Origin: Octopus sinensis
Lineage: Eukaryota
Length of the DNA: 64,000 bases
Assembly (NCBI RefSeq): GCF_006345805.1
Contig: NC_043024.1
Coordinates: 1,116,001 to 1,180,000 of the forward strand
Reading direction: 5' to 3'
Under the pieces are notes generated by a model. It made no database searches. It was not told the origin of the DNA and saw nothing but the letters and a program-made list of their open reading frames with translations. Positions 25,659-38,505 of the stretch are shown piece by piece. Numbering within the stretch: position 1 is the first letter of the stretch; the number at the start of each line of letters is the position of its first letter. The position numbers and the translations under genes were made by a program.

Positions 25659-25887
25659 GGCGGTGAGCTGGCAGAAACGTTAGCACGCCGGGCGAAATGC
25701 GTAGCCGTATTTCGTCTGTCGTTACGTTGTGAGTTCAAATTCCGCCGAGGTCGACTTTGCCTTTCATCTTTTCGGGGTCGATAAATAAAGTACCAGTTAT
25801 GCATTGGGCTCGATGTAATTGACTTAATCCCTTTGTCTGTCCTTGTTTGTCCCCTCTATGTCTAGCCCCTTGGGTGGGCAATAAAGA

Positions 25888-25891
<4 letters not shown>
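25659..25891 (+). mobile_element. SINE family B, full length
   Basis: Head GGCGGTGAGCTGGCAGAAACG through AATAAAGAAAT. Confidence 0.92.
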
Positions 25892-25928
<37 letters not shown>

Positions 25929-26300
25929 AATAAGGATAAGATCGTTAATTTAAAAATAAAATAACGATCTCATCAAGTGGCCAGCATGGAAAAAATAACC
26001 TTCAAAGGTAATAATTACTAAAATTATAAATTAGGGTATCTACGAGATACCACCATGCTGAAAATAGCAGCCATGATCTCACTCTAAAACCACCTTAATT
26101 GTCCATAAATGAACACGGAGAGAAAACAAATAGATGAGATGAAACTAGTAAAAAATTAACGCATAATTCTAGATCCCGGATTTCTTTGAAATCATTTAAT
26201 ATGTACATTTCAAGTAGCATAATAGACAATAGGAAATGCATTCCTTACATAAACCTTCCTCAGTTAAAGCGTTTCAAGAATATGAAGAAATTGGTGGAAA

Positions 26301-26682
26301 TTTGCTAACCAACCACGTGGTTCCGGGTTCAGTCCCACTGCGTGGCATCTTGGGCAAGTGTTTCTGCTATAGCCCCGGGCCGACCAATGTCTTGTGAGTG
26401 GATTTGGTAGACGGAAACTGAAAGAATCCCGTCGCATATATGTATATATATATATATATGTGTGTGTGTGTGCGTGTATGTTTGTGTGTCTGTGTTTGTC
26501 CCCTCAACATTGCTTGACAACCGATGCTGGTGTGTTTACGTCCCCATCACTTAGCGGTTCGGCAAAAGAGACCGATAGGATAAGTACTGGGCTTACAAAG
26601 AATAAGTCCCGAGGTCGATTTGCTCGACTAAAGGCGGTGCTCCAGCATGGCCGCAGTCAAATGACTGAAACATGTAAAAGAG
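26301..26682 (+). mobile_element. SINE family A, slightly 5'-truncated
   Basis: Match to other copies. Confidence 0.9.
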
Positions 26683-27299
26683 TAATATATGGATGTGTGT
26701 GTGTGTGCGTTATACACACCACACACACACACACACACATATTTATAAGATCTAAGGATCTGGCCTGATAAATACCTTGTTGAGTACCCCTCATTGAGTA
26801 ATTATTACATCGGTGGATCTGCTAGGGAGGAGCCGTCTCTAGCCTGGATTTTTACCTGTTCCACTCACTCAATGTGGACACACCCACCCACACACAGACT
26901 TCTTTTAGTTTCCACCTATCATTTCCCCTTGCAAGACTTAGGTTGTCCCGGGCCCGTAGTAGAAGGCATTTGTCCAAATTGCCGCAGAGTGGGAGTGAAA
27001 CTGAAAGCATGGGGCTAGGAAGCCAACGTCTTGACCCCACAGCTATGCTTTTGCACCTATGAAAAATACTTCATCCAAAGTGGAGTTTGAACCCATAATG
27101 GCAGGGTTAAAGAATCTTTGGATTTACCGTCTGAATTAGCAAGGCTGTCATTATATAAGTATATAAGTATCTATTTTTCTATCTGTCTGTCCATCCATCT
27201 AGATAGATAGATAGATAGATAGACACGCATATATATACACATGCCAGCATGGAAACTGGACGTTAAAGGATGATGATGATATATATAGATATATACACC

Positions 27300-27334
27300 T
27301 ACGCATACACATGCACATATATACATACATATAT

Positions 27335-27392
<58 letters not shown>

Positions 27393-28205
27393 TGTAGGTA
27401 GATATAGATATAGAAATATATATTAAGTATTTGTATGTATGTATGTATATATCTATCTATCTATATATATATATATGTAAGTACATATTTCTTTATGTAT
27501 GTGTATATATGTATATGTATATATATATGTATATATATGTATATGTATATATATGTATATGTATATATATATGTATATGTATATATATGTATATATATGT
27601 ATATGTATATATATATGTATATGTATGTATATATATGTATATGTATATATATGTATATATATGTATATGTATATATATGTATATATATGTATATGTATAT
27701 ATATGTATATGTATATATATGTATATGTATATATATATGTATATATATGTATGTATATGTATATATATGTATGTATATGTATATATATATGTATATATAT
27801 GTATGTATATGTATATGTATATATGTATATATATGTATATATATGTATATGTATATATATGTATATATATATATGTATATATATATATGTATATATATGT
27901 ATATATATGTAATATATATCTATGGTATAGTATGTATAATATATATATGTATATATATGTATATATATATTATATATGTATATATATGTATATATAGATA
28001 TATATATATATATATATATATGATATATATGATATATATATTATATGTATATATATATATATGTATCTATATGATATATATATATGTATATATATATATG
28101 TATATATAGTATATATATATATATGTATATATATGTATATATATATAATGGTATATATAATATATATATGATATATATATATATATTATATATAATATAT
28201 GTATA

Positions 28206-28260
<55 letters not shown>
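27300..28260. repeat. very long (TA)/(TATG) microsatellite
   Basis: About 950 bp, directly visible. Confidence 0.97.
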
Positions 28261-28262
<2 letters not shown>

Positions 28263-28520
28263 CATACATATATCTTGTATTTGTTTGAAAGAAATTACCA
28301 ATCAATTTATCTGGACCAAAGCCATTAGCAATCATATTTATCCTGCAATAGAATTACTGTAGATATTGGCATCATAATTTGTCCACACTTCCCTCCACCG
28401 AGCTTTTCCCTCTCTCTGCGAAGAAATGCTGGAGCGGATGCTGGGGATGAGAGAGACCAAAGATAGTAGCCGTTTGGCAGGGGGCAGAGGCTGTGGGATG
28501 GGGTTCAGCGCTTGTTTTGT

Positions 28521-28557
<37 letters not shown>

Positions 28558-28689
28558 TCTTCACTTCTTTGCTTTTTTGCTGTTTTGTTTTGTTCCATCT
28601 CAGCTATCAATTCCTCTTGTTTCACTCTCCATCTGCCTATCTATCAACATATCTGGCTGTCTGTCTACCTTTCTGTTTGTCTCTCTATT

Positions 28690-29206
<517 letters not shown>

Positions 29207-29311
29207 ACTTTTTATTTGTCACTTTATCTGTTTGTCTGGCTATGTCTATACCTATCTTTATATATATATATATATATCACTCTCCACCTGTCTATCAATC
29301 TACCTACCTAC

Positions 29312-29367
<56 letters not shown>

Positions 29368-29938
29368 CTCCATATACTGATTTTGATATATTTGTCTGTC
29401 TGTCTGTCTCTCTCTACCTGTCTTTCTTTCTTTCCTCTACTTTCATTCAATCACCCTATCAGCATCTCGCCCTTTCTCTTCTTTCTTAATATAATTCTCT
29501 CTCTCTCTCTCTTTCTCTCCCTCCTTCCTTCAAACTTTCCTTCGGTGTTATTATTCTTTCTCTCCCTCTTTCTCTCCTTCGTCCTTCTCTAATTCCTTCC
29601 TACTTATTTCCTTCCCCTCCCCCCACCTCCCTCATTTACAATCAACATTCATATATTATACATTTTGCTTTGTTTTCTTTTTCCCCTTTCTTCCGTCTCC
29701 TCTTTAACCCCCCCCCCCCCCCCCACACACCCCTTTCCCTTTCTCCATCCTCACTCCCCATATCCACCCCACACCCTGTACACATGCACCTCATTTTTTC
29801 ACATCATCAAAGAATACCAATTGTAGTTGATTTAGCTCCTCCACCCTGCCCACCCACTCCCTTCTCCTTCTCCTTCTTCTTCTCCTTCTCCTTCTTCTTC
29901 TCCTTCTTCTTCTTCTTCTTGTTCTACACTCTTTCCAG

Positions 29939-30000
29939 GCTCTGCTCTAATAAACCAATATGATGAAATTCCTATGCAATTTAGGGACGCTTCTTGAAGT
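29939..30000 (+). CDS. weak candidate exon with in-frame stop ([19 protein letters not shown])
   Basis: Acceptor CTCTTTCCAG|G after a pyrimidine tract and donor-like GTATGT at 30001; the tract is partly microsatellite. Confidence 0.2.
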
Positions 30001-30143
30001 GTATGTACAATCATTTGCATGCACACACATACATACGAACATACATACATACATACGTACATACATACGTACATACGTACATACACCTGTGCATCTACAG
30101 AAAATAACTAAGATGTACATACATATATATATGTGTGTGTGTG

Positions 30144-30192
<49 letters not shown>

Positions 30193-30334
30193 GTACATAC
30201 GTATGTATGTATATATGTTATATATATATATATATATATATTGGAGATTTATGTAAGTATGGTATGTATATGTATATTGTGTGTATATGTTTATGTATAT
30301 GTGTATATATATATGTGTGTGTGTGTGTGTGTGG

Positions 30335-30373
<39 letters not shown>

Positions 30374-30955
30374 GTACATGCATTTGTGAGTGTATGTAGA
30401 TAAGAAAATACTTATACTCTCTTGACATATATATATTTATATATATATATATGCACACACACCTACACATGCACACTAACAACATGGATATATATATACA
30501 TGTACACTTTTGATATGTGCATATATCTGTGTATGTGTGTGTGTGTCTATTTACTCCAGTACTCATACATACACACACGCACATACACACACATACACAC
30601 ATGCACACACCAAATGTTATACAATTCGGTAGTAGATGCTTTATTCAGCATAAAATCCTGCAAAGTGCACCATATTTGCATGGTGCATTTAAAGTGCATC
30701 TTTCCTGTCAGTTGGTCAAACCTGCCACTGCATCTCGTGTGAAAGTTGGCTCTCACAATGGCTTGTTTCACCACCTGCCCCCTCCCCCCTCACTTTCCCC
30801 ACGCTTGTTCTGAACTGATGTGTAATGCACAATGAAACACATACACCGAAATACTGCCACACGCATATATACACCCAGTTGGTTACTTGCACATACAGTA
30901 GTTTTAGATGGGATATAAGGCATACTCACACACACACACACAGATATATATATAT

Positions 30956-31357
30956 TTCTTTTTTTTACTTGTTTCAGTCATTTGACTGTGGCCATGCTGG
31001 AGCACCGCCTTTAGTCGAGCAAATCGACCCCGGGACTTATTCTTTGTAAGCCCAGTACTTATTCTATCGGTCTCTTTTGCCGAACCGCTAAGTGACGGGG
31101 ACGTAAACACACCAGCATCGGTTGTCAAGCAATGCTAGGGGGACAAACACAGACACACAAACATACACGCACACACACATATATATATGCATATATACGA
31201 CGGGCTTCTTTCAGTTTCCGTCTACCAAATCCACTCACAAGGCATTGGTCGGCCCGGGGCTATAGAAGACACTTGCCCAAGATGCCACGCAGTGGGACTG
31301 AACCTGGAACCATGTGGTTGGTTAGCAAGCTACTTACCACACAGCCACTCCTACGCC
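30956..31357 (-). mobile_element. SINE family A, full length
   Basis: Reverse-complement match to other copies. Confidence 0.92.
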
Positions 31358-31384
31358 TATACACACACACGCACAATAACATCA

Positions 31385-31625
31385 AAATAAAAAATCAAAT
31401 GGAAATTGTAGTTGTGATACCAGTGCCGGTGGCACGTGAAAAGCACCATCCGAACGTGGCCGATTCCAGCCTCCCCTGGCACGTAAAAAGCACCCACTAC
31501 TCTCACAGAGTGGTTGGCATTTGGAAGGGCATCCAGCTGTAGAAACACTGCCAGATCAGATTGGGGCCTGGTGCAGCCACCTGGCTTCCCAGACCCTGGT
31601 CGAACCGTCCAACCCATGCTAGCAT
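31385..31625 (+). mobile_element. RTE-LINE 3' end (family C)
   Basis: Family C motifs. Confidence 0.85.
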
Positions 31626-31719
31626 GTTTGACAGAGTGTAATCATCTTGAGAAAAAAGTTACGCATAAGAGGAGTCAGATGTGGTGTGCAAGGGAGAGGA
31701 CTGTGCTGCTATGTTCATG

Positions 31720-31950
31720 CGGGGAGCTGGCAGAAACGTTAGCACGCCGGGCAAAATGCTTAGCAGTATTTCGTCTGCCGTTACGTTGTGAGTTCAAATT
31801 CCGCTGAGGTCGACTTTGCCTTTCATCCTTTCGGGGTCAATAAATTAAGTACCAGTTACGCACTGGGGGCGATGTAATCGACTTAATACCTATGTCTGTC
31901 CTTGTTTGTCCCCTCTGTGTTTAGCCCCTTTGTGGGTAATAAAGAAATAG
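31720..31950 (+). mobile_element. SINE family B
   Basis: Family B head, body and end. Confidence 0.9.
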
Positions 31951-32538
31951 GTATGTTCATGTGATGCATATGGATGAGGACAATTGCATAAAGAAGTGCT
32001 GAATTCTGTTGAGGGAACCTGTCGTAGAAGTAGACCCAAGAAGACACAGGAAGAGATGGTGAAGCATGATCTTTGAAATTTGAGCCCCACTGAGGCAATG
32101 ACTGGTGACTGAGACCTTTGGTGATGTGCTGTTCTTGAGAAGACCCTTCAAGCCAAGTGCACCTTTGCTGGTGGCATGTAAAGAACATCTTTGAATGTTG
32201 GGTCTCACGGAGGCGATGACTGAGACCTTTGGCATTATGTCGTGCTTGAGAAGAAGACCCATCAAACTGAGCAAAATCACAGTCATGGCAGATATCGGTG
32301 TCACGCAAATTGGCATGTAAATGCACCCCAGGGTCACGCAAATGGCACCCTTGCTGGTGACACATAAAAGCACCCCTCACACTCTCAGAGTGGTTGGCGT
32401 TAGGAAGGGCATCCAGCCATATAAAACTATGTCAAATCAAACTCTAGTCTGGTGCAGCCTTCCAGCCTTGCCAGCCCAGTCAAACCATCCAACTCATGCC
32501 AGCATGGACAATGGACGTTAAATGATGATGATGATGAT
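31950..32538 (+). mobile_element. RTE-LINE 3' fragment (degenerate RT C-terminus + 3' UTR + GAT tail)
   Basis: Decayed YVHV.HMDED...VEGTCRRSRPKKT similar to 61767-62012, followed by the family C end. Confidence 0.8.
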
Positions 32539-32614
32539 ATATATTTGTGTGTGTGTGTGTGTGTATATAGTTGAAGGTGGAAAAAAAGAGTACTCAAATA
32601 CCAGGGGTAGAGTA

Positions 32615-32757
32615 ATATGCTTTATTTAAAAGCAGCACAAATATAACAAAAGCTGTTACTCCGAGTTTCACGTTCCCGTTCATCGGACAGTTTTGGTAAC
32701 GTGAAACTCTGAGTAACAGCTTTTGTTATATTTCTGTTGCTTTTAAATAAAGTATAT
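32615..32757. repeat. inverted repeat, 60-bp arms (56/60 matched), 23-bp spacer
   Basis: 32615-32674 versus 32698-32757. Confidence 0.95.
32653..32690 (-). ncRNA. minimal type I hammerhead-like motif (U4->C variant)
   Basis: CUGU-CCGAUGA-ACG-GGAA-CGU-GAAA-CUC-G-GAG-UA|ACAG: stems I, II and III all pair; GUA triplet. Confidence 0.65.
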
Positions 32758-32919
32758 ATATATATATATGTATGTATGTATATTTATATATATATGTATG
32801 GTATGTATATATGTATGTATATGTATATATATGTGTATGTATATATATCTATGTGTATCTATATGTATATATATATATATGTTTGCGTGTGTGTGTGTGT
32901 GTGTGTATCTATCTATCTA

Positions 32920-32963
<44 letters not shown>

Positions 32964-33109
32964 TACTCATATATATATATATGTATGTACATACACATAT
33001 GTATACATACATACATATATATATATATGTATGTACATACATACATATATATATATATGTGTGTGTATGTATATATATATATATATATACACACATATGT
33101 ACGTATAAG

Positions 33110-33300
33110 GAAGAACTTATGTTGTATCGTCAAAATGAACTGACAACAGAAGAGGCAGCGATTGCCATTGGACATTTCTCAAAAATGCTCTCAGATGTTC
33201 CATTAGACTCTGCAACTGCCGTTCTTCAACCACTCCATCCCAGCACTAACACCCACCCACCCACGACCACCACCCCCACACGCTTCCATTCCTGCTCTTC
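33110..33300 (+). CDS. weak candidate coding fragment ([44 protein letters not shown]...)
   Basis: Unique, protein-like codon pattern, but the acceptor is poor and there is no clear donor. Confidence 0.2.
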
Positions 33301-33720
33301 TATAATTGTGCTCAGTACAATCCGGTCTGTATTCCATGTCTGTTGTTCTTTGTTGGGTTTTGTTTTTGTTTTTCCTTTTTCCTTTCTCCCCCCCCCCCCC
33401 CCCCGCTCCATTCATTTCCCAATCTTTTCCTCTCCATTGTCTGAAGAATTCTCGTCAGTCTTACAACAACTTAGCACAGTTCCATGTTGCAAAATGAAAA
33501 TGTTTAATCCTATTTCGACATTTGCTACTTCTTTCCTTTCTTCCTTCCTCTCTCCCCCCTCTCTCTCTCTCCTTTTCTTATTGATTTCTTTCTCTCCTTT
33601 ATTCTTGTTTCTTTTCTTCTTTCATTTTCCTTCTCTATTCTTCATGGTTATCTTACTATTATTATTTGTCCTTGAAATATCCCCTTCAGTCAATGCCCTA
33701 TGGTAAAAAAAAAAAAATTG

Positions 33721-33754
<34 letters not shown>

Positions 33755-35004
33755 TATTATTATTATTATAAGTTTTTTTCTTCTTGCAGTTTTGTTTCCA
33801 TTTTTTGCCAGGTGTCTTCATGACACCTAGGGCAAAGAGACTCACTGTATACATATTATTATTATTATGACACCTAGCTAGCAGAATCGTAAGCACACTG
33901 GGCAAAATGCTTAGTAGTATTTCGCCCGTTGCTACATTCTGAGTTCAAATTCCACCGAGGTCAGCTTTGCCTTTCGTTCTTTCGGGGTCAATAAATTAAA
34001 TACCAGTGAAACACTAGGATTGATGTAATCGACTAGTCCCCCTCCCCTCAAATTTCAGGCCTTGTGCCTTTAGTAGAAAGGATTATTATTATTATCATCA
34101 TTATTATTATTGCCTTTGCACAGCTTCTAACGCTGGAGATGTGCTACAGTGTCAGCTGTTCACTACCAGTGAACTAAGGTAACATCCACTATTTTTCGAG
34201 CCCCTTCTGGAGTATTCAAGCGGTTCCAAGCAGTGCTGTTTTCTGCAAGTGCTCCACCCTTATTGCAGCCCCTATTTGTTCCATGTACTTCTCGAGATTT
34301 TACTACTACTACTACTACTACTACTATTATTATTATTACTACTACTACTATTATTACTATTATTATTATTATTATTATTATTAGGGTGGCAAGCAGGCAA
34401 AATGCTTAGCAGTATTTTGTCCATCTTAATGTTCTGAGTTCAAATTCCGTTGAGGTCAACTTTGCCTTTCATCCTTTTGGGGTTGATAAAATAAGTACCA
34501 GTCAAGTACTGGGGTCATTGTAATTAACTTCCCCACTCCTCAAAAACTACTGGCCTTGTGCCAAAATTTAAAACTATTAATATCATCATCACCATTTTAA
34601 GAGGCCAGTCTTACGGTGATTAATAAAGGCCAGAGTTTATGGTGGCTTTATGATTAACAAGGTCAATCTTATGGTGATTAACGATGTTGAAAGAATGAAG
34701 CCATAGAATTTGACAAAGAGATCCTTAGATTGCTTCCTTCTTCCCTTCAAGAAGCTTCCAAAGAAATCATGTCTTCTGATGTTCTTTGTTCATTTCACTT
34801 CTGAATTTCCCAACCCAGTTCCTGTATCTGAGTCGTTAACCCCCACCCACCGGCCCTCCTGCCATGCCACCTCCACCACGACTTCTAGGACTTCCAACTT
34901 CTTTTGCTTTCTACGTTTGTCTCTTTTATCTTTTACTTGTTTGAGTCATTGGACCACAGCCATGCTGGAGCACTACCTTCAAGGGTTTTTAGTTCGACGA
35001 ACTA

Positions 35005-35217
35005 ACCTCTCCGTGAGTGTAGTGGGTGCACATAAAAAGCACCCACTACACTCACGGAGTGGTTGGCGTTAGGAAGGGCATCCAGCCGTAGAAACATTGC
35101 CAGATCAGACTGGGCCTGGTGCAGCCTTCTGGCTTCACAGACCCCAGTAGAACCGTCCAACCCATGCTAGCATGGAAAACAGACGCTAAACGATGATGAT
35201 GATAATGATGATGATGA
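35005..35217 (+). mobile_element. RTE-LINE 3' end (family C)
   Basis: Family C motifs and GAT tail. Confidence 0.85.
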
Positions 35218-35307
35218 TTCCATTTGGTGTCTCTTGCCAAACCATGAAGAGGGACATAAACAAACCAACACTGGTTGTCAAATGGGAATGGGCTAAAAAC
35301 AGACACA

Positions 35308-35364
<57 letters not shown>

Positions 35365-35931
35365 CTTGGTTGCTTGCCTTCCTCCTTGCTCCCCCTCGCT
35401 TTGCAGTTAATTCATTCATACTAGTATATAGTACTCACTTGTTATTCAAGTGATTGTTTTCACAGCTATATATACTTCCTAGTGCTAAGCACTCAACTAT
35501 GAAGTAGATGAGAAACCAGTTTTTTGTTTTTGTTTTTGCTATCAGACAGTTCTACTGCAGCGAGCATGATTCTGTTCCTTGCCCAGCAGGCTCCTGGTCA
35601 GGTTACAACAACAGCAACAGCACCATTTGAACTCATCGTCTCGCTGTTTGTAATCGAGCATTCCTGACTCCACGGCCGTTGGACTTAATGATCGTTAGGT
35701 ATTGCTAATATGTTTAATTATGACAGTCATGTCAAGCAAATGAAGAAAATCGTCTCCAAGACTGAAAGATAATTGTTGAAAACTTATTGATCTTAATTGG
35801 CAAAAAACCCAAAACACAAAGACTTAATTTGTTTAGCGTTTCAAAACGGGCAGTTTACCAATTTGTGAGAGGTGCTCTCATTGGCAACTGCCCTGAAACT
35901 TACAGAATGGATGGATGTGAGAAAGAGAAAG

Positions 35932-35963
<32 letters not shown>

Positions 35964-36300
35964 ATTGAAAGAGAGACAGATTTTTTTGCTTTGGTTTAAG
36001 AGAGGTGAGAAAAAACATAACATCACAATATAATTGTAAAACGTGGTTTAGACAACAGGTGAATTTATTATGAGTTCAAACCCTGTTCCAGGTATATTTT
36101 TACCTTGCATAAGACAGGTGCAAGCAATGCTGTATGGTAATAAGTTTGCTTTCCAACCACATGGTTCTCAGTTCAGCCCCACTGCGTGGCACCTTGGGCA
36201 AGTGTCTTCTACTATAGCCTCAGGCCGACCAAAGTCCTGTGAGTGGATTTGGTAGACGGAAACTGAAAGAAGCCTGTCGTGTGTGTGTGTGATCATGTCT

Positions 36301-36650
36301 CCTTGTGTTGATCATCATCATCATCATCGTTTAACGTCCGTTTTCCATGCTAGCATGGGTTGGACGGTTCAACTGGGGTCTGGGAAGCCCGGAGGCTTCA
36401 TCAGGCCCAGTCAGATCTGTCAGTGTTTCTACAGCTGGATGCTCTTCCTAACGCCAACCACTCCATGAGTGTAGTGGGTGCTTTTTATGTGCCACTGACA
36501 CAGGTGCCAGACGAGGCTGGCGAACGGCCACACTCGGATGGTGTTTTTTATGTGCCACCAGCACAGAGGCCAGGCGAGGCTGGCACGGCCATGATCGGAT
36601 GGTGTTTGTTATGTGCCACCAGCATGGAGGCCAGTTGATGCGGTACTGGC
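36301..36650 (-). mobile_element. RTE-LINE 3' end (family C)
   Basis: Family C motifs with tandem modules. Confidence 0.85.
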
Positions 36651-37070
36651 TACTGTTGATATTACATAATAATTGTAAATGGTTGTCACTGATGCCCAAG
36701 CCGTGTCCTTCATTCTCAATATTTCGCAGAAACATCTTCTGACCAGGGTGAAATATTCCCTTGCACATCGGACTCTGGTTAATAGAGAGAAGATGCTGAG
36801 TTCTTAGTCTTGCAGTGGACTGAACATGGGCAATTCAATCCAACATATGTCAAGTCAAAGAGACAGAGTAGACTCATGAAACCAGTAGGATCTCAAACTC
36901 AAATTCACGGGGTCCACATCAGACTATGGTTGGTGGAGAGAACATACTGAGGCCTTGGTCCTGCAGTGGTCTGAACATGGGCAGTCCAAACCAATCCAAT
37001 CCATTTACTTGACATAACCTAATTATACAACTACAATATGTGTGTCCATGTATGCACCTACCATTATTTC

Positions 37071-37305
37071 TTTACTCTTTTACTCTTTACTCCTTTACTT
37101 GTTTCAGTCATTTGACTGTGGCCATGCTGGAGCACTGCCTTTAGTTGAGCACTTCGATCCCAGGACTTATTCTTTGTAAGCCTAGTACTTGTTCTATCAG
37201 TCTCTTTTGCCGAACCGCTAAGTTACGGGGACGCAAACAGACCAGCATCGGTTGTCAAGCGATGTTGGGGGGACAAACACACACACAAACATATACACAT
37301 ACATG

Positions 37306-37345
<40 letters not shown>

Positions 37346-37518
37346 TATACATACATATATATGACAGGCTTCTTTCAGTTTCCGTCTACCAAATCCACTC
37401 ACAAGGCTTTGGTCGTCCTGAGGCTATAGTAGAAAACACTTGCCCAAGGTGCCATGCAGTGGGACTGAACCCAGAACCATGTGGTTCATAAGCAAGCTAC
37501 TACCACACAGCCACTCTT
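37071..37518 (-). mobile_element. SINE family A
   Basis: Reverse-complement match to other copies. Confidence 0.9.
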
Positions 37519-38194
37519 ACGACTTTATAGATTTTTTTATTGTCTTGAGCCCTAGGGGTCATAAGATTGGTTCCCTGGTTTCCATGGCTCATAAGCAACT
37601 GGGATCCCAACATAACTTTGAATGGAACACTGGCCTGTCGTAGCGTCCAGCCAATAATTTTGAGGGGAGGGAACAAGTCGATTACATTGACCCCAGTACT
37701 TGACTGGTACACTTTTCTTTTTTTATCAATTCCCAAGTGATAAAAGGCTAAGTTGATCTTGGTGGGATTTGAACTCAGTACCTAAAGAACCAGAAGAAAT
37801 GCTGCTAAATAGTTTGCGTCGCGTGCTTCCATTTCTGCCAGCTCTCTGCTGCCTTCTCATTGTTTTGCCTTGACACCATTGCCTCCGGCATCCCCTGCCA
37901 CAACGAAATTATTAGTTTCATCCAGACTGCAACACAATATCATTAGTGTAACGAATATACACCATCCCTCTATTTAACTTAGATCGACTGACCTAACACA
38001 TTCCATAATGTGAGTCAGATGAATGAGTCTGTGTGTCCCATAATTCCACCTGTGTCAGATGAGTTTATCTAAAAATATGTTTATAATTGTCTCAGACTAT
38101 TGACCTTACCTTTAACGAAGAAAGGTGTTTCAACTCTTACACCTACGCCAAGTGGTTTTTTTTTTTTTTATTTTTTTTTTGGTCCTGGCACTTT

Positions 38195-38505
38195 GCTGCT
38201 TCTGAGGACAAGGATTCCAGTTGATCCGATCGGCAGAACAGCCTGCACAGGAAATTAACATGCAAGTGGCTGAGTGCCCCACAGACACGTGTATCCTTAA
38301 AGTAGTTCTCAGGGAGATCCAGCAAGACAAAGCAGAATGTTACAAAGCTGGCCCCTTTGAATTTCAGGTACAACTCCTTTTCACCAGCTGAATGGACTGG
38401 AACGAGGTGAAATAAAGTGTCTTGCTCAAGGACACAATGTGTCGCCGGGAATTGAACTCATGACCTTATGACTGTCAGTTGATTACCCTAACCACTAAGC
38501 CACAT
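38195..38505 (-). mobile_element. SINE family D (body B + tail 2)
   Basis: Tail matches 11290-11450; body has GTCTTGCTCAAGGACACA. Confidence 0.8.
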
